The position numbers and the translations under genes are program-made. A DNA stretch of 64,000 bases, taken from contig JBHLMN010000011.1 in NCBI GenBank assembly GCA_048938105.1, positions 128,001 to 192,000 on the forward strand, read 5' to 3'. Of this stretch, positions 29,387 to 38,130 are shown piece after piece; position 1 is the first letter of the stretch; every line of letters starts with the position of its first letter. The notes below the pieces were generated by a model. That model did not search any database, was not told where the DNA came from, and was given only the letters and a program-made list of their open reading frames with translations. This DNA comes from Promethearchaeota archaeon (GTDB lineage: Archaea > Asgardarchaeota > Heimdallarchaeia > Hodarchaeales > Hodarchaeaceae).

Positions 29387-30076
29387 ATGACGAAATCTGG
29401 CCAACCGCAACAAAACAAGAAGTATCAAGATATTATCGATTATAAACCAGCAATTCTAAAGGTTCTAAGCGATGAAAAGACATTGAAGATGCTTGAGAAT
29501 CCCAATTACGAATTAATTATCCCAATTCTAAGGAAAGGAGCAATGACCGTTCAGGAAATTACAAATGCTTTCAACAATATAGCAGAAAAGTCTGATACTC
29601 TTGAAGTGAAGTCAGATAAATCAATTTATCGCTATTTAAAAGCTCTTGAGAAGCTAGGAATCGTAGCTACAGCCGGTCAGCGTGTAATCTTGGGAAAAAC
29701 CGCTAGTGAAAAATTATACATGCGTACAGCCCGTGTATTCGAATTGAGGTTCAAATATATTGATTGGATGGGAGAAGAAGGAAATGAATGGGCTGAACGG
29801 TTCGGTACATTAGTTGGCCTTATGCTAAACATCAAACAGACCCCCTCTCTAAAATGTATCCAGGAATTTTTTGCTAAGTGGAATAGCGCAAGATCCACTG
29901 CAACTGAGAAACTGGCTTCAATCGTTCCCGATGATGAAATGGAAATTATAACAACATGTGACTTACGGGAATTGTCAGAAATTTTTGCCCGAGTATACAT
30001 CTTCAGTACACTAATGAATGATCCAAAGTTGTTGCAAGAACTTCGTATGTGTTTCAAAAATAGAAAGAAAGACTAA
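29387..30076 (+). CDS. ArsR-like winged-helix domain protein (paralog 2)
   Basis: Same motifs as 28660; ATG at 29387 chosen because attctcATGacgaaatctg is identical at both gene starts. Confidence 0.8.
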   Translation: MTKSGQPQQNKKYQDIIDYKPAILKVLSDEKTLKMLENPNYELIIPILRKGAMTVQEITNAFNNIAEKSDTLEVKSDKSIYRYLKALEKLGIVATAGQRVILGKTASEKLYMRTARVFELRFKYIDWMGEEGNEWAERFGTLVGLMLNIKQTPSLKCIQEFFAKWNSARSTATEKLASIVPDDEMEIITTCDLRELSEIFARVYIFSTLMNDPKLLQELRMCFKNRKKD

Positions 30077-30119
30077 AAGAATAGTCATCTTTGAAGGGAG
30101 GTGAGGTTGTTACTCAATC

Positions 30120-30776
30120 ATGAAGGGTAAATCAGATACTAATGCTTGGAAAGAGTATTCTTTCCGCTTTTATATTCAACGACTTCAATATTTTGAAATT
30201 AAAATTTTAGGATTCAAACTATTAGTATTCCTATTAATACTTGGTAATCTATGGGGAGCTTTCATTGGTTTTATATACTATTTTGAAGTAATTGGGCTTA
30301 CTCAATATTCCCCCATCCTATGGATATTAATACCTGACTGTCCTATGGCCGCATTATTGTTATTGGGAGTATATATTCAATTTGATAATCAACGTTTTTC
30401 TAATTTTAATTTTTTTGTATTCATCCAAGGTATTCGTGCAGCCATCATTACTTATCTGATTATATTAAACTTTGGGTCACTAGATATTGAAGTTGTGGTA
30501 ATCGGCCACTTTTTGTTACTTATTCAAGCAGTGGCTATATTACCTTTATTGTTAAATCTAAAATATACTAAAGGAACACTTGTTACTATTGGAATTACAT
30601 TATTCAACGATATATCTGATTTTTTCGGAATAATAGGAATAACTGAGCCTACTTTAGCCCAGCTACCTACTATTCAACCATTATTCTCTCCCTTTGTAAC
30701 CATAGTTTTCGGGTTAGACATCTTTCTCATTCTTGTTGGTTTGGTTTTTGCTAGATTCATGAGTCAAGAGAATTAG
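30120..30776 (+). CDS. DUF1405 family membrane protein (YpjA/LhaT-like)
   Basis: NL.G..IG..YY...W.LIPDCPMA signature, GH, FNDISDFFG...P; polytopic. Confidence 0.75.
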   Translation: MKGKSDTNAWKEYSFRFYIQRLQYFEIKILGFKLLVFLLILGNLWGAFIGFIYYFEVIGLTQYSPILWILIPDCPMAALLLLGVYIQFDNQRFSNFNFFVFIQGIRAAIITYLIILNFGSLDIEVVVIGHFLLLIQAVAILPLLLNLKYTKGTLVTIGITLFNDISDFFGIIGITEPTLAQLPTIQPLFSPFVTIVFGLDIFLILVGLVFARFMSQEN

Positions 30777-30860
30777 AAAATCTCTAATTGCTATGATACT
30801 ACAATTTTAAGGCGATAATTATTTAGATTAACAGCTTTTGTATTTTTTCTTGAATATTTT

Positions 30861-31841
30861 ATGGCAGCGCAACAAAATATTGTCCAAGAGCTTTTAGATA
30901 AGCTTTTTCAGGCAATTGTCACCTTTCTCAGGGAAATAGCGAATCCTATCAGCTTTATTGACAAGTATTTCATCTCAGAGGAAGGTTATAATATCTACAA
31001 CACTATTGTGTATACTACGATTGGAATACTTGCTATATTCCTAATTGGAAAAATAATTTTCCGTATAAATCAAAAGGGTTTTGAACGATGGGGAGAAGAT
31101 CATTTTATACCAGTTCAAATGGATTTAGAGTTTTTTGTTTCTATTTTACCGTATATCTTCATCGGTTCCACATTACGCGCTCTGCAAGATATTGCAGATC
31201 AAGATAAGATTATCTCTCCCTATGAGATTTTTGGGCTCCGTCTTTTTGTTACACCATACGTTTACGTCATCACTATCCTATTAACCTTAACTATTGGACT
31301 TATATCAATTTTTATCTCGCAAGAATATCTGCAAAATCTACAGCGATTTTCAAATTGGAGGTTCACCTTTCTATCGATTGGAATAATAATTGAAATCGTT
31401 TTATTCTTCCCAATTATTTTCCTGTTAACAGATCCTTATTACATCGGTGGTGGCTTAATTATTTTAGTCTTATCAGGCATTTTCGGGGTATTATTCTATC
31501 TTGTATCAACTCAGCTTTCGCAACGTTATATTCCTGAAGCTGTAGTAAGACGAGAGGAGATATTAACGATGATAACACAAATGTTTGATGCTTTTAATAC
31601 CGTCATTGCTATAGAATTCTTTAATTATCAGGAGAAACATTATTTACCTTCTATTCTATTTAATACCCCGTTTGGAGCTTGGCCTTTCTTATTGTTAAAA
31701 TTTACTTTGATTTTATTATTTATTTATGCAGTTAGAGGGCTTGACAAAGAAGATACGCAAAACTGGTTACTATGGGTTGTGTTCTTACTTGGTCTAGCTA
31801 CTGGAACACGGGACTTTCTTCGGCTAGTAACCAATACCTGA
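30861..31841 (+). CDS. DUF63 family membrane protein (archaeal lipoprotein lipidation Ali-like)
   Basis: GYNIYNTIVY, PYIFIGSTLRALQD, FVTP.VY, QMFDAFNT, YQEKHYLP, LGLATGTRDFLR. Confidence 0.85.
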   Translation: MAAQQNIVQELLDKLFQAIVTFLREIANPISFIDKYFISEEGYNIYNTIVYTTIGILAIFLIGKIIFRINQKGFERWGEDHFIPVQMDLEFFVSILPYIFIGSTLRALQDIADQDKIISPYEIFGLRLFVTPYVYVITILLTLTIGLISIFISQEYLQNLQRFSNWRFTFLSIGIIIEIVLFFPIIFLLTDPYYIGGGLIILVLSGIFGVLFYLVSTQLSQRYIPEAVVRREEILTMITQMFDAFNTVIAIEFFNYQEKHYLPSILFNTPFGAWPFLLLKFTLILLFIYAVRGLDKEDTQNWLLWVVFLLGLATGTRDFLRLVTNT

Positions 31842-31869
31842 ACTACAGAAATCAAGGAAAGAACATTAA

Positions 31870-32421
31870 TCAGTCTGTTGTTTCGAGTTGTGATTCTATC
31901 TCCTTAGGTAATCCTCTAAAATAAGTGAGTAATAGATATACTTGTCCTCGATGATATTGTTCATGATCATAAAACGCCTCTAGCAATTCATAGACTTTCA
32001 TTTCTTCGCCCCAAGGAGCTTGCACCTTTTTTTCATAAGCTGCATTTGGAGAATCGAGTAATATTTTTGTTTCTTTTTCAGTAGTTGAAGCAAGCTCTTT
32101 TAATCGTTCCAAACCAACATGATTAGCTTCTTCTAACCTAAAAAATCTATTTCCTACCCATTGTGCTGGGACAGCCTCAGCGATTTGAGGGCTTTGGAGA
32201 TTAAAACTTTGATGTATATATCGTATCTCCGACGCGAGCATATGACGGATAATTTCATCGATAGCCCACTGATAGGGTTTTGGTCTTGTGATTATCCATT
32301 TTTCTTCTACCTCTGATTTACTTAGTTCATTCCACATTATTGAATGCTGGTTCTCAATGCGTTCATATCTTTTCTTCCAAATAATTTTGTATTCATTAAT
32401 TGGTTTAATCTTCATCACCAA
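31870..32421 (-). CDS. DinB family protein
   Basis: W.IDEIIRHMLASE...HEQYHRGQV..LL. Confidence 0.85.
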   Translation of the reverse strand: MVMKIKPINEYKIIWKKRYERIENQHSIMWNELSKSEVEEKWIITRPKPYQWAIDEIIRHMLASEIRYIHQSFNLQSPQIAEAVPAQWVGNRFFRLEEANHVGLERLKELASTTEKETKILLDSPNAAYEKKVQAPWGEEMKVYELLEAFYDHEQYHRGQVYLLLTYFRGLPKEIESQLETTD

Positions 32422-32502
32422 ACCTATAAATCATATCCTTCTTGATTCTCAAACAGTCATTTTTTATTTAGTTTCTATTCAAAAGAACTGAAATTATCTA
32501 AA

Positions 32503-33072
32503 TCAGGTTTCTATCACTGGATTATATTCTGATTCATCCATTGAAAAAGTCCAAGCTATTGCCTCTTTACATGTTCTAACATGTGGAGGCACACGTAAAA
32601 TGTAAGTTTCTCTAGTGGTTGAATCTTGAACCTTAACTACCATTAATGGCTCTTGATCTTTCCTAATTCGTAAAAGTAATAACTCTGATTCCCCATCAGT
32701 GTGTATTATAGTTCCACCTAACTCCTCAACGAATCTTTTATAACCAAAATTTGATAGAAGGATTCTGCGGATTTCTACATTGCTGCATTTCAGAATATCT
32801 CTGGCTTTCAGCTCTTCCTTAAAGAATAGGAGATAGTCCTTAATAATATTCTGAATCCATTGTTCATCAAATGAAGTACACTTCTTTACGAAAAAGCTTT
32901 TCCAGCTACTAATACGCTTCCCTTTCTTGTCGTACCAATGAACTTTCCCACTTCGTTCTATACCAAAGCTTTCATTTTGCTGAAGCCACAGGACTCCTCG
33001 CCATAAGCGGGATGGTATAAGTGTTTCATTATCTACGAGAGTTTTCAGTGATTCTTTTAGCTTTTTATCCAT
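32503..33072 (-). CDS. DUF6745 domain protein
   Basis: NVEIRR...GY.RF, EPL..VKV.DSTT...Y.LRVPP...TC.EAIAWTF...EY.P..ET; ATG at 33072 directly follows the upstream stop. Confidence 0.85.
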   Translation of the reverse strand: MDKKLKESLKTLVDNETLIPSRLWRGVLWLQQNESFGIERSGKVHWYDKKGKRISSWKSFFVKKCTSFDEQWIQNIIKDYLLFFKEELKARDILKCSNVEIRRILLSNFGYKRFVEELGGTIIHTDGESELLLLRIRKDQEPLMVVKVQDSTTRETYILRVPPHVRTCKEAIAWTFSMDESEYNPVIET

Positions 33073-33073
33073 T

Positions 33074-33382
33074 CTAATCCATAACCCATTGTGACGATTC
33101 GGTTTCTGGATCATATTCTCGCTGACGAATCACCTCATAGATTCCAGGTTCTAAATCGATCGTTGCATGTTCTTCATGAACCAAAGTCGCTCCTTTGCTG
33201 GCTTTAACAAATAACTGATCACCTGATGTTTGCGACCAAAACCTGAATACTTCTCCGTCCATAATTCTATGAGCGTGGCCAGTAGCTTCTCCTTCAAGAA
33301 TTACATCACTTTTAACACTCTTAGCTCGTTTTGGCAGTGATTTGACTTTTTTTAGTAAAAGATCTCCTTGTCTGACTATCAA
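33074..33382 (-). CDS. Conserved RQGD...GE.TGHAH...HEEH...RQREY protein (usual partner of DUF6745)
   Basis: RQGDL, LEGEATGHAH, LVHEEHATIDLEPGIYEVIRQREYDP...VMD. Confidence 0.85.
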   Translation of the reverse strand: MIVRQGDLLLKKVKSLPKRAKSVKSDVILEGEATGHAHRIMDGEVFRFWSQTSGDQLFVKASKGATLVHEEHATIDLEPGIYEVIRQREYDPETESSQWVMD

Positions 33383-33533
33383 TTTCTCTCACACTACTTT
33401 TTATTTATGATTTTCAGAGAAATTTAGAAATATTTTTGATTTTTTCTCTTCATTCACACTAGAATGAAATAATAGAGAAAATCAATCGTATAGCAGGTCT
33501 TAGGAAGTTCACAGCTTTACAATTCATACATTT

Positions 33534-34439
33534 TTAATCCGAAAATACACAGGGAAGAATTATATTAATAGAATTTTGAGTCATCCATAAGCGGCTATTG
33601 AAATAGGAGGTAAAAAATCGAAGATAATGTGCTACCAAGGGAAACCCTTGAGTTGAAGTCAATAGAAAATTATTTGGAACATTGAAGCTAACCCCAACGG
33701 AAAATTTATTTATTATCTCTACCTCAAGAGTGAGAGGGACTCCCTGAAGCCATGTTAGCAGTGTAGAAAAGATATTATCTGGAAAATGAGAGCTACCCCA
33801 AATTTCAGGATTAGAAGTATCATAATTGTCTGTGGTCAAAGATGAAACCATATTGAATTGTGAACCAGTAGAATTTCGAAGATAATAGAAACTGGTTCTA
33901 AGAACTTCTGATAACGAAATAGGATATAGATTTGGAGGTTTGAGGAGTAATTGAATTAAATCAGAGACAATAATTGTCAAAATCTTTTGTCGGTATGCTG
34001 CACGACTAAACCTTTGTACAACTTTTTGATCCATAGATTCCATACTTCTCAATAGATAATGGCTCAAATCCATTAAAAGAGAGCTAGTACGTAACTCGTA
34101 AGTGAGGTCATCAACCCAATTTTCAATGATTGAAGAAAGGGGGGGTAGGATTGAGGAATAAAAGATTTTATAGGACTTAAGGGATATTGAATGAAGGTCT
34201 AGATGTAGTGAAAAAAGAGTTTTATTGCTAATTAATCGAGTACTAGGATGAATTCCAGTCATTTGGGCAAATGTTTGAGTAAAATAAAAAACATCATCAT
34301 GATCCGTTGAAAGAATAATAAAAGGATTGAAAGGTTGAGAGTAAATAGTAGAAATATTATTTCTTCGATATACCTCTTTCATCCATAACGGAGTATTTAT
34401 ATGTCGATCATTAGTTACATTTGAATCATTGTTTTTCAT
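33534..34439 (-). CDS. Degenerate sensor histidine kinase-like protein (pseudokinase)
   Basis: PAS-like start (STDHDDVFYFTQTFAQMTG), H-box-like DLTYELRTS with His replaced by Tyr, IVSDLIQL, PISLSEVL, eroded N-box, terminal RLW...INIILP. Confidence 0.5.
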   Translation of the reverse strand: MKNNDSNVTNDRHINTPLWMKEVYRRNNISTIYSQPFNPFIILSTDHDDVFYFTQTFAQMTGIHPSTRLISNKTLFSLHLDLHSISLKSYKIFYSSILPPLSSIIENWVDDLTYELRTSSLLMDLSHYLLRSMESMDQKVVQRFSRAAYRQKILTIIVSDLIQLLLKPPNLYPISLSEVLRTSFYYLRNSTGSQFNMVSSLTTDNYDTSNPEIWGSSHFPDNIFSTLLTWLQGVPLTLEVEIINKFSVGVSFNVPNNFLLTSTQGFPLVAHYLRFFTSYFNSRLWMTQNSINIILPCVFSD

Positions 34440-34566
34440 AGTATTTACTCTCGATTATACTAGAAAACCTACAAGATCATTTACATTTCTAGAAAACTTT
34501 CTCGCGGATTATGAGGATTCACAAGATTGTATTTTTTCATCTCATAAAGAGCTTTTTATTGAACCT

Positions 34567-36495
34567 TCAAGAATATTTGTATTTGAGGATTGATCGTTTT
34601 CTAATCAAAATAAATGCAGCAAGAGAAAACACAGAGAATAACCCAAATCCAGGTATTCTAGTAGTGGTTGATTTTTTTGATGATGTAATTGCGCTAGTGA
34701 CAGTCCTAGTTTTTATGCCAACTTGCTTTAATAACTCTGTGAATGATTTAACAGCGCTTACAGCTTCTTTCGCTTGAATAAAAGAATCAGAGAAATTCAT
34801 CGCTTTAATAGAAGCCCAAGATTTCTCAATTTTTGTAACAACTTCTTGATTTTTATTAATCACCGCTTCAGGTGAAGTGAACGAATAAATTCCTCTCAAG
34901 GTCTCATATTTATCAATTGTTTCAAAAAGTAACTGTTGTGCCAATAATGATTGCAGCCAATCTTTTTCAAACTTGCTGAAGTAGCTATTGACTGTATAAT
35001 AACTCATTATTGAATCAATAAAATCACCACACCAATATTCATTATGGTGAGGATGTGAAAATCCTAATGTGTGACCAGCTTCATGAATAATTACATCTGT
35101 AATTCCATTTTTCGGAACAGCAGGCGTAACGGATGTATCCATAAGTCTCTCCCATTGATAACCGATCAATTGCCATCCCATCCCACCTAAACCACCAAAT
35201 CGTGTCCCATCATAGCTCATTACTGATCCATTCAACAGGAATACCAAGGTTGGAAAATTTATCCCATCAGGATGAATATCAACAAATTCATCTAAATTTT
35301 GGGATAAATAATCAAAAACTGATTGAGGAGAACCTTCGGTTATTTCAATTTGGTTATAATCCTCAAACTGCTTTGATGCTAATTTGAATAATTTTTGAAT
35401 AAAAGGGTAGTTTTCAAGAGAATACCAATGAACATTGACTTGAATATTAAAAAAAGGCAACAGATCTGTGATAGCTTCTCGAATATTATCTTTATTAACC
35501 ACGAATTCCAAATCCTCCCTCTCATATAAAGAAGAACCTCGTGTGAAATTCTCAACTATCGCAATTTCAAAATAGTAATTTTCGTCAGTTGGGGCAATAG
35601 ATAAGTAGGGACAGATCATAATATCATTTTTGAATAAATCATAGATAAAGTTATTTAGATATTCCTCTAAGGAGCTATCTGTTGAGTGAAATGTTTCGTA
35701 ATGGGCAATATAATCCTCCAAATCCTCAAGTACATAATTATTGTAAACAGAGAAGCTCTGCCAATAATAATCTGTATTCATCCAATCAAAATACCAAATG
35801 ACATCTAAAGCGGAGGGATCAAAAAAAAGGATCCTAACATCACCATCTCCACCCCATCCAGCTACAGGGCGATCGGTTAGACCATTATAGTCACTAAACC
35901 AGCTTTTAGATTTTTGCCCTGTATCCATATCAATTTCTGATATATCAAACCAATGTTCGGTCATTCCTATATCTAATATGCTTAAGTTCAAGAAATAAAT
36001 GCCATACGTCCAGCCATCATCAGGAATTTCTATGGGGGGATTATCATTCAAATAATTCTGGACTAATGTAGCATTTATTGAAACACCAGATCTATCATAA
36101 AAAATGTCTGATTTGATTCCATCAGTGGGATCAATATTATCCTCCTCTAATAATGTTATATTCAAAGCAGAGGTAACTCCACTAAAATTAGCGATGGTAT
36201 TGATATAATCAAGAAAATCAAGATAGTAATCGTTATTAGAGGAGATGATTTTCTTATGTATTAATATATCATATTCAGGTAAGAGATCGCTATAATTTGA
36301 GTAAATATCATATGTTCCATCTAAGTGGATTATCCTGTTAATATCTAAAATATCTTGATCATAACCTATAAACACTAAATTGATGTTTATGTCAATTTTT
36401 CTTGTTTGATAGGATGCTATAACATAACTCAAAGGATTAAGTAAACTATAAGTTACAGTAAGAAAAAATATGATCCAAAATGAAGCCTGTTTCAT
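34567..36495 (-). CDS. Surface-anchored metzincin zinc metalloprotease with PGF-CTERM
   Basis: Signal peptide; HEAGHTLGFSHPH and SIMSY Met-turn; S/T linker followed by IPGF-TM-RKR. Confidence 0.88.
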   Translation of the reverse strand: MKQASFWIIFFLTVTYSLLNPLSYVIASYQTRKIDININLVFIGYDQDILDINRIIHLDGTYDIYSNYSDLLPEYDILIHKKIISSNNDYYLDFLDYINTIANFSGVTSALNITLLEEDNIDPTDGIKSDIFYDRSGVSINATLVQNYLNDNPPIEIPDDGWTYGIYFLNLSILDIGMTEHWFDISEIDMDTGQKSKSWFSDYNGLTDRPVAGWGGDGDVRILFFDPSALDVIWYFDWMNTDYYWQSFSVYNNYVLEDLEDYIAHYETFHSTDSSLEEYLNNFIYDLFKNDIMICPYLSIAPTDENYYFEIAIVENFTRGSSLYEREDLEFVVNKDNIREAITDLLPFFNIQVNVHWYSLENYPFIQKLFKLASKQFEDYNQIEITEGSPQSVFDYLSQNLDEFVDIHPDGINFPTLVFLLNGSVMSYDGTRFGGLGGMGWQLIGYQWERLMDTSVTPAVPKNGITDVIIHEAGHTLGFSHPHHNEYWCGDFIDSIMSYYTVNSYFSKFEKDWLQSLLAQQLLFETIDKYETLRGIYSFTSPEAVINKNQEVVTKIEKSWASIKAMNFSDSFIQAKEAVSAVKSFTELLKQVGIKTRTVTSAITSSKKSTTTRIPGFGLFSVFSLAAFILIRKRSILKYKYS

Positions 36496-36545
36496 AGATC
36501 CACCAGATTTACTTGTTTTTTATTTAAAACTATTAGTACCACTGT

Positions 36546-37865
36546 TTAAATATATTGAAGTAGAGAATTAGGGTACTGTTGTTTTATCTGTCGAAATACT
36601 ATACAAGCAGGATATAAAATAATCAGCCCAATAATCCAGACAACAAAGGTTACAATGAGGGAAAACAAAAACGCGTTTGCGAATATTTTAACCAATAAAG
36701 TATAATGTGTTGTTTCACCAAACAAAATGACGCTCATTAGAAAAGGTACGGCCCCATAAAGGAGTAAATGAACACTATAAAAAAATAGTGGTGTAGATCC
36801 GAATAGAACAATTGGAAAAGTCCCCTTTTGAAACCATTCCTGATCCTGAAAATAGAATGCCAAAGAAAGAACGAGGCACATACCACCAAGAGTCCAAAGA
36901 AGGAAACCAATACTCGGAGGGTATTTTGCCAAAAGAAAAAAAGTCTGTATTGTGAAAGCATCTGATCTTAAAACACCATTAGCTTCCCAAATTCCCAGAT
37001 AGTTAATTGGCCACCCTTGTAAGAGTCTCAAGATGAAGAAAACTACAATAGTAACACTTCCAGCTACCGCGAGGTGTTTTGCAATGAGATGATTGTCTTC
37101 TGGTATTTTTTGTTTTCGCAACCAATGACCAAAAACAAAACCTAAACCCATAACTCCAAGCCACGGATCAAGTGGGTACAAACCATTAGGCCAGTTTGGC
37201 CAAAACGAGACTGTTAAAAGATAATCTCGGATACCTGTTGGTAACTGGTTAAAAATGATCCCCCAATAAAATATGGACATTTCTCTTCCTGAAAGCCCCA
37301 TTATGAAACTATCAATAAGAGGTTCCATGAATAGAAACAGGGAAAAACCCAATATGATTTTCCATGAAAGATTACGAGCAAAAGCAAAGATGATGAATCC
37401 AACCCCTAAAAGAGCAAGGACACCAAAATAAAAGGGAGCAGCATGGAAAGCCCAAGCAATGACAGTCCATTCAATCAGTAACAAAATTAATCCACGAATG
37501 ACAAGATGTTTAGTTATTTCACTTTGAGGAACGCCTTTTTCTAAGCGCCTTGCTTCAAAAAGTACTATAGAAGTGCCAGCCAAGAAAATAAAAGTCGGAG
37601 CACACCAGTGCGTCACAAAACGAACCAAGAAATTAAGAAGATCACCTCCATACTCTGGACGGAAGAAATTTGTAAAAGCACCTGCTTCTTCACTCCAGGA
37701 TGTTAATCCAGCACCAGTCCTACCTAGTCTTCCTACGTTCCAGAAAGTTGACGCATGATCAAGAGCCATTAAAATGATGGCTAGTCCACGAACAAAATCA
37801 ATTGCAGCAATACGAGGAGTCGAAACAGCTTGTGCTATCCGTTCATTATCAATCAGGTTTGACAT
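36546..37865 (-). CDS. DUF1624/HGSNAT-like membrane acyltransferase
   Basis: RIAAIDFVRGLAIILMALDH, THWCAPTFIFLAG, RGLIL, KYPPS, PLFFYSVH. Confidence 0.88.
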   Translation of the reverse strand: MSNLIDNERIAQAVSTPRIAAIDFVRGLAIILMALDHASTFWNVGRLGRTGAGLTSWSEEAGAFTNFFRPEYGGDLLNFLVRFVTHWCAPTFIFLAGTSIVLFEARRLEKGVPQSEITKHLVIRGLILLLIEWTVIAWAFHAAPFYFGVLALLGVGFIIFAFARNLSWKIILGFSLFLFMEPLIDSFIMGLSGREMSIFYWGIIFNQLPTGIRDYLLTVSFWPNWPNGLYPLDPWLGVMGLGFVFGHWLRKQKIPEDNHLIAKHLAVAGSVTIVVFFILRLLQGWPINYLGIWEANGVLRSDAFTIQTFFLLAKYPPSIGFLLWTLGGMCLVLSLAFYFQDQEWFQKGTFPIVLFGSTPLFFYSVHLLLYGAVPFLMSVILFGETTHYTLLVKIFANAFLFSLIVTFVVWIIGLIILYPACIVFRQIKQQYPNSLLQYI

Positions 37866-38130
37866 GTTTCCTCACCGATTATTAGAATAGACTGTTTTAG
37901 GATATTCGTTATCTTTTTTGATAGAATATATATTGAAGAAGTGAAACTATTTTTTGAAAGTTTGGATAGCGGAATTGATAAAGCAGGAGTTTCAATCATT
38001 ATTTGATACAGTCTGAAATAGGATTCGGAAAAATTAAGAGAAAAGAGATTCAAAGCATTTGAGTCAATTCCAATTCATAGACTTCAATGAAATAAGTTAA
38101 ATATCAGATTAAGCTCAAAATGCTCTATAT

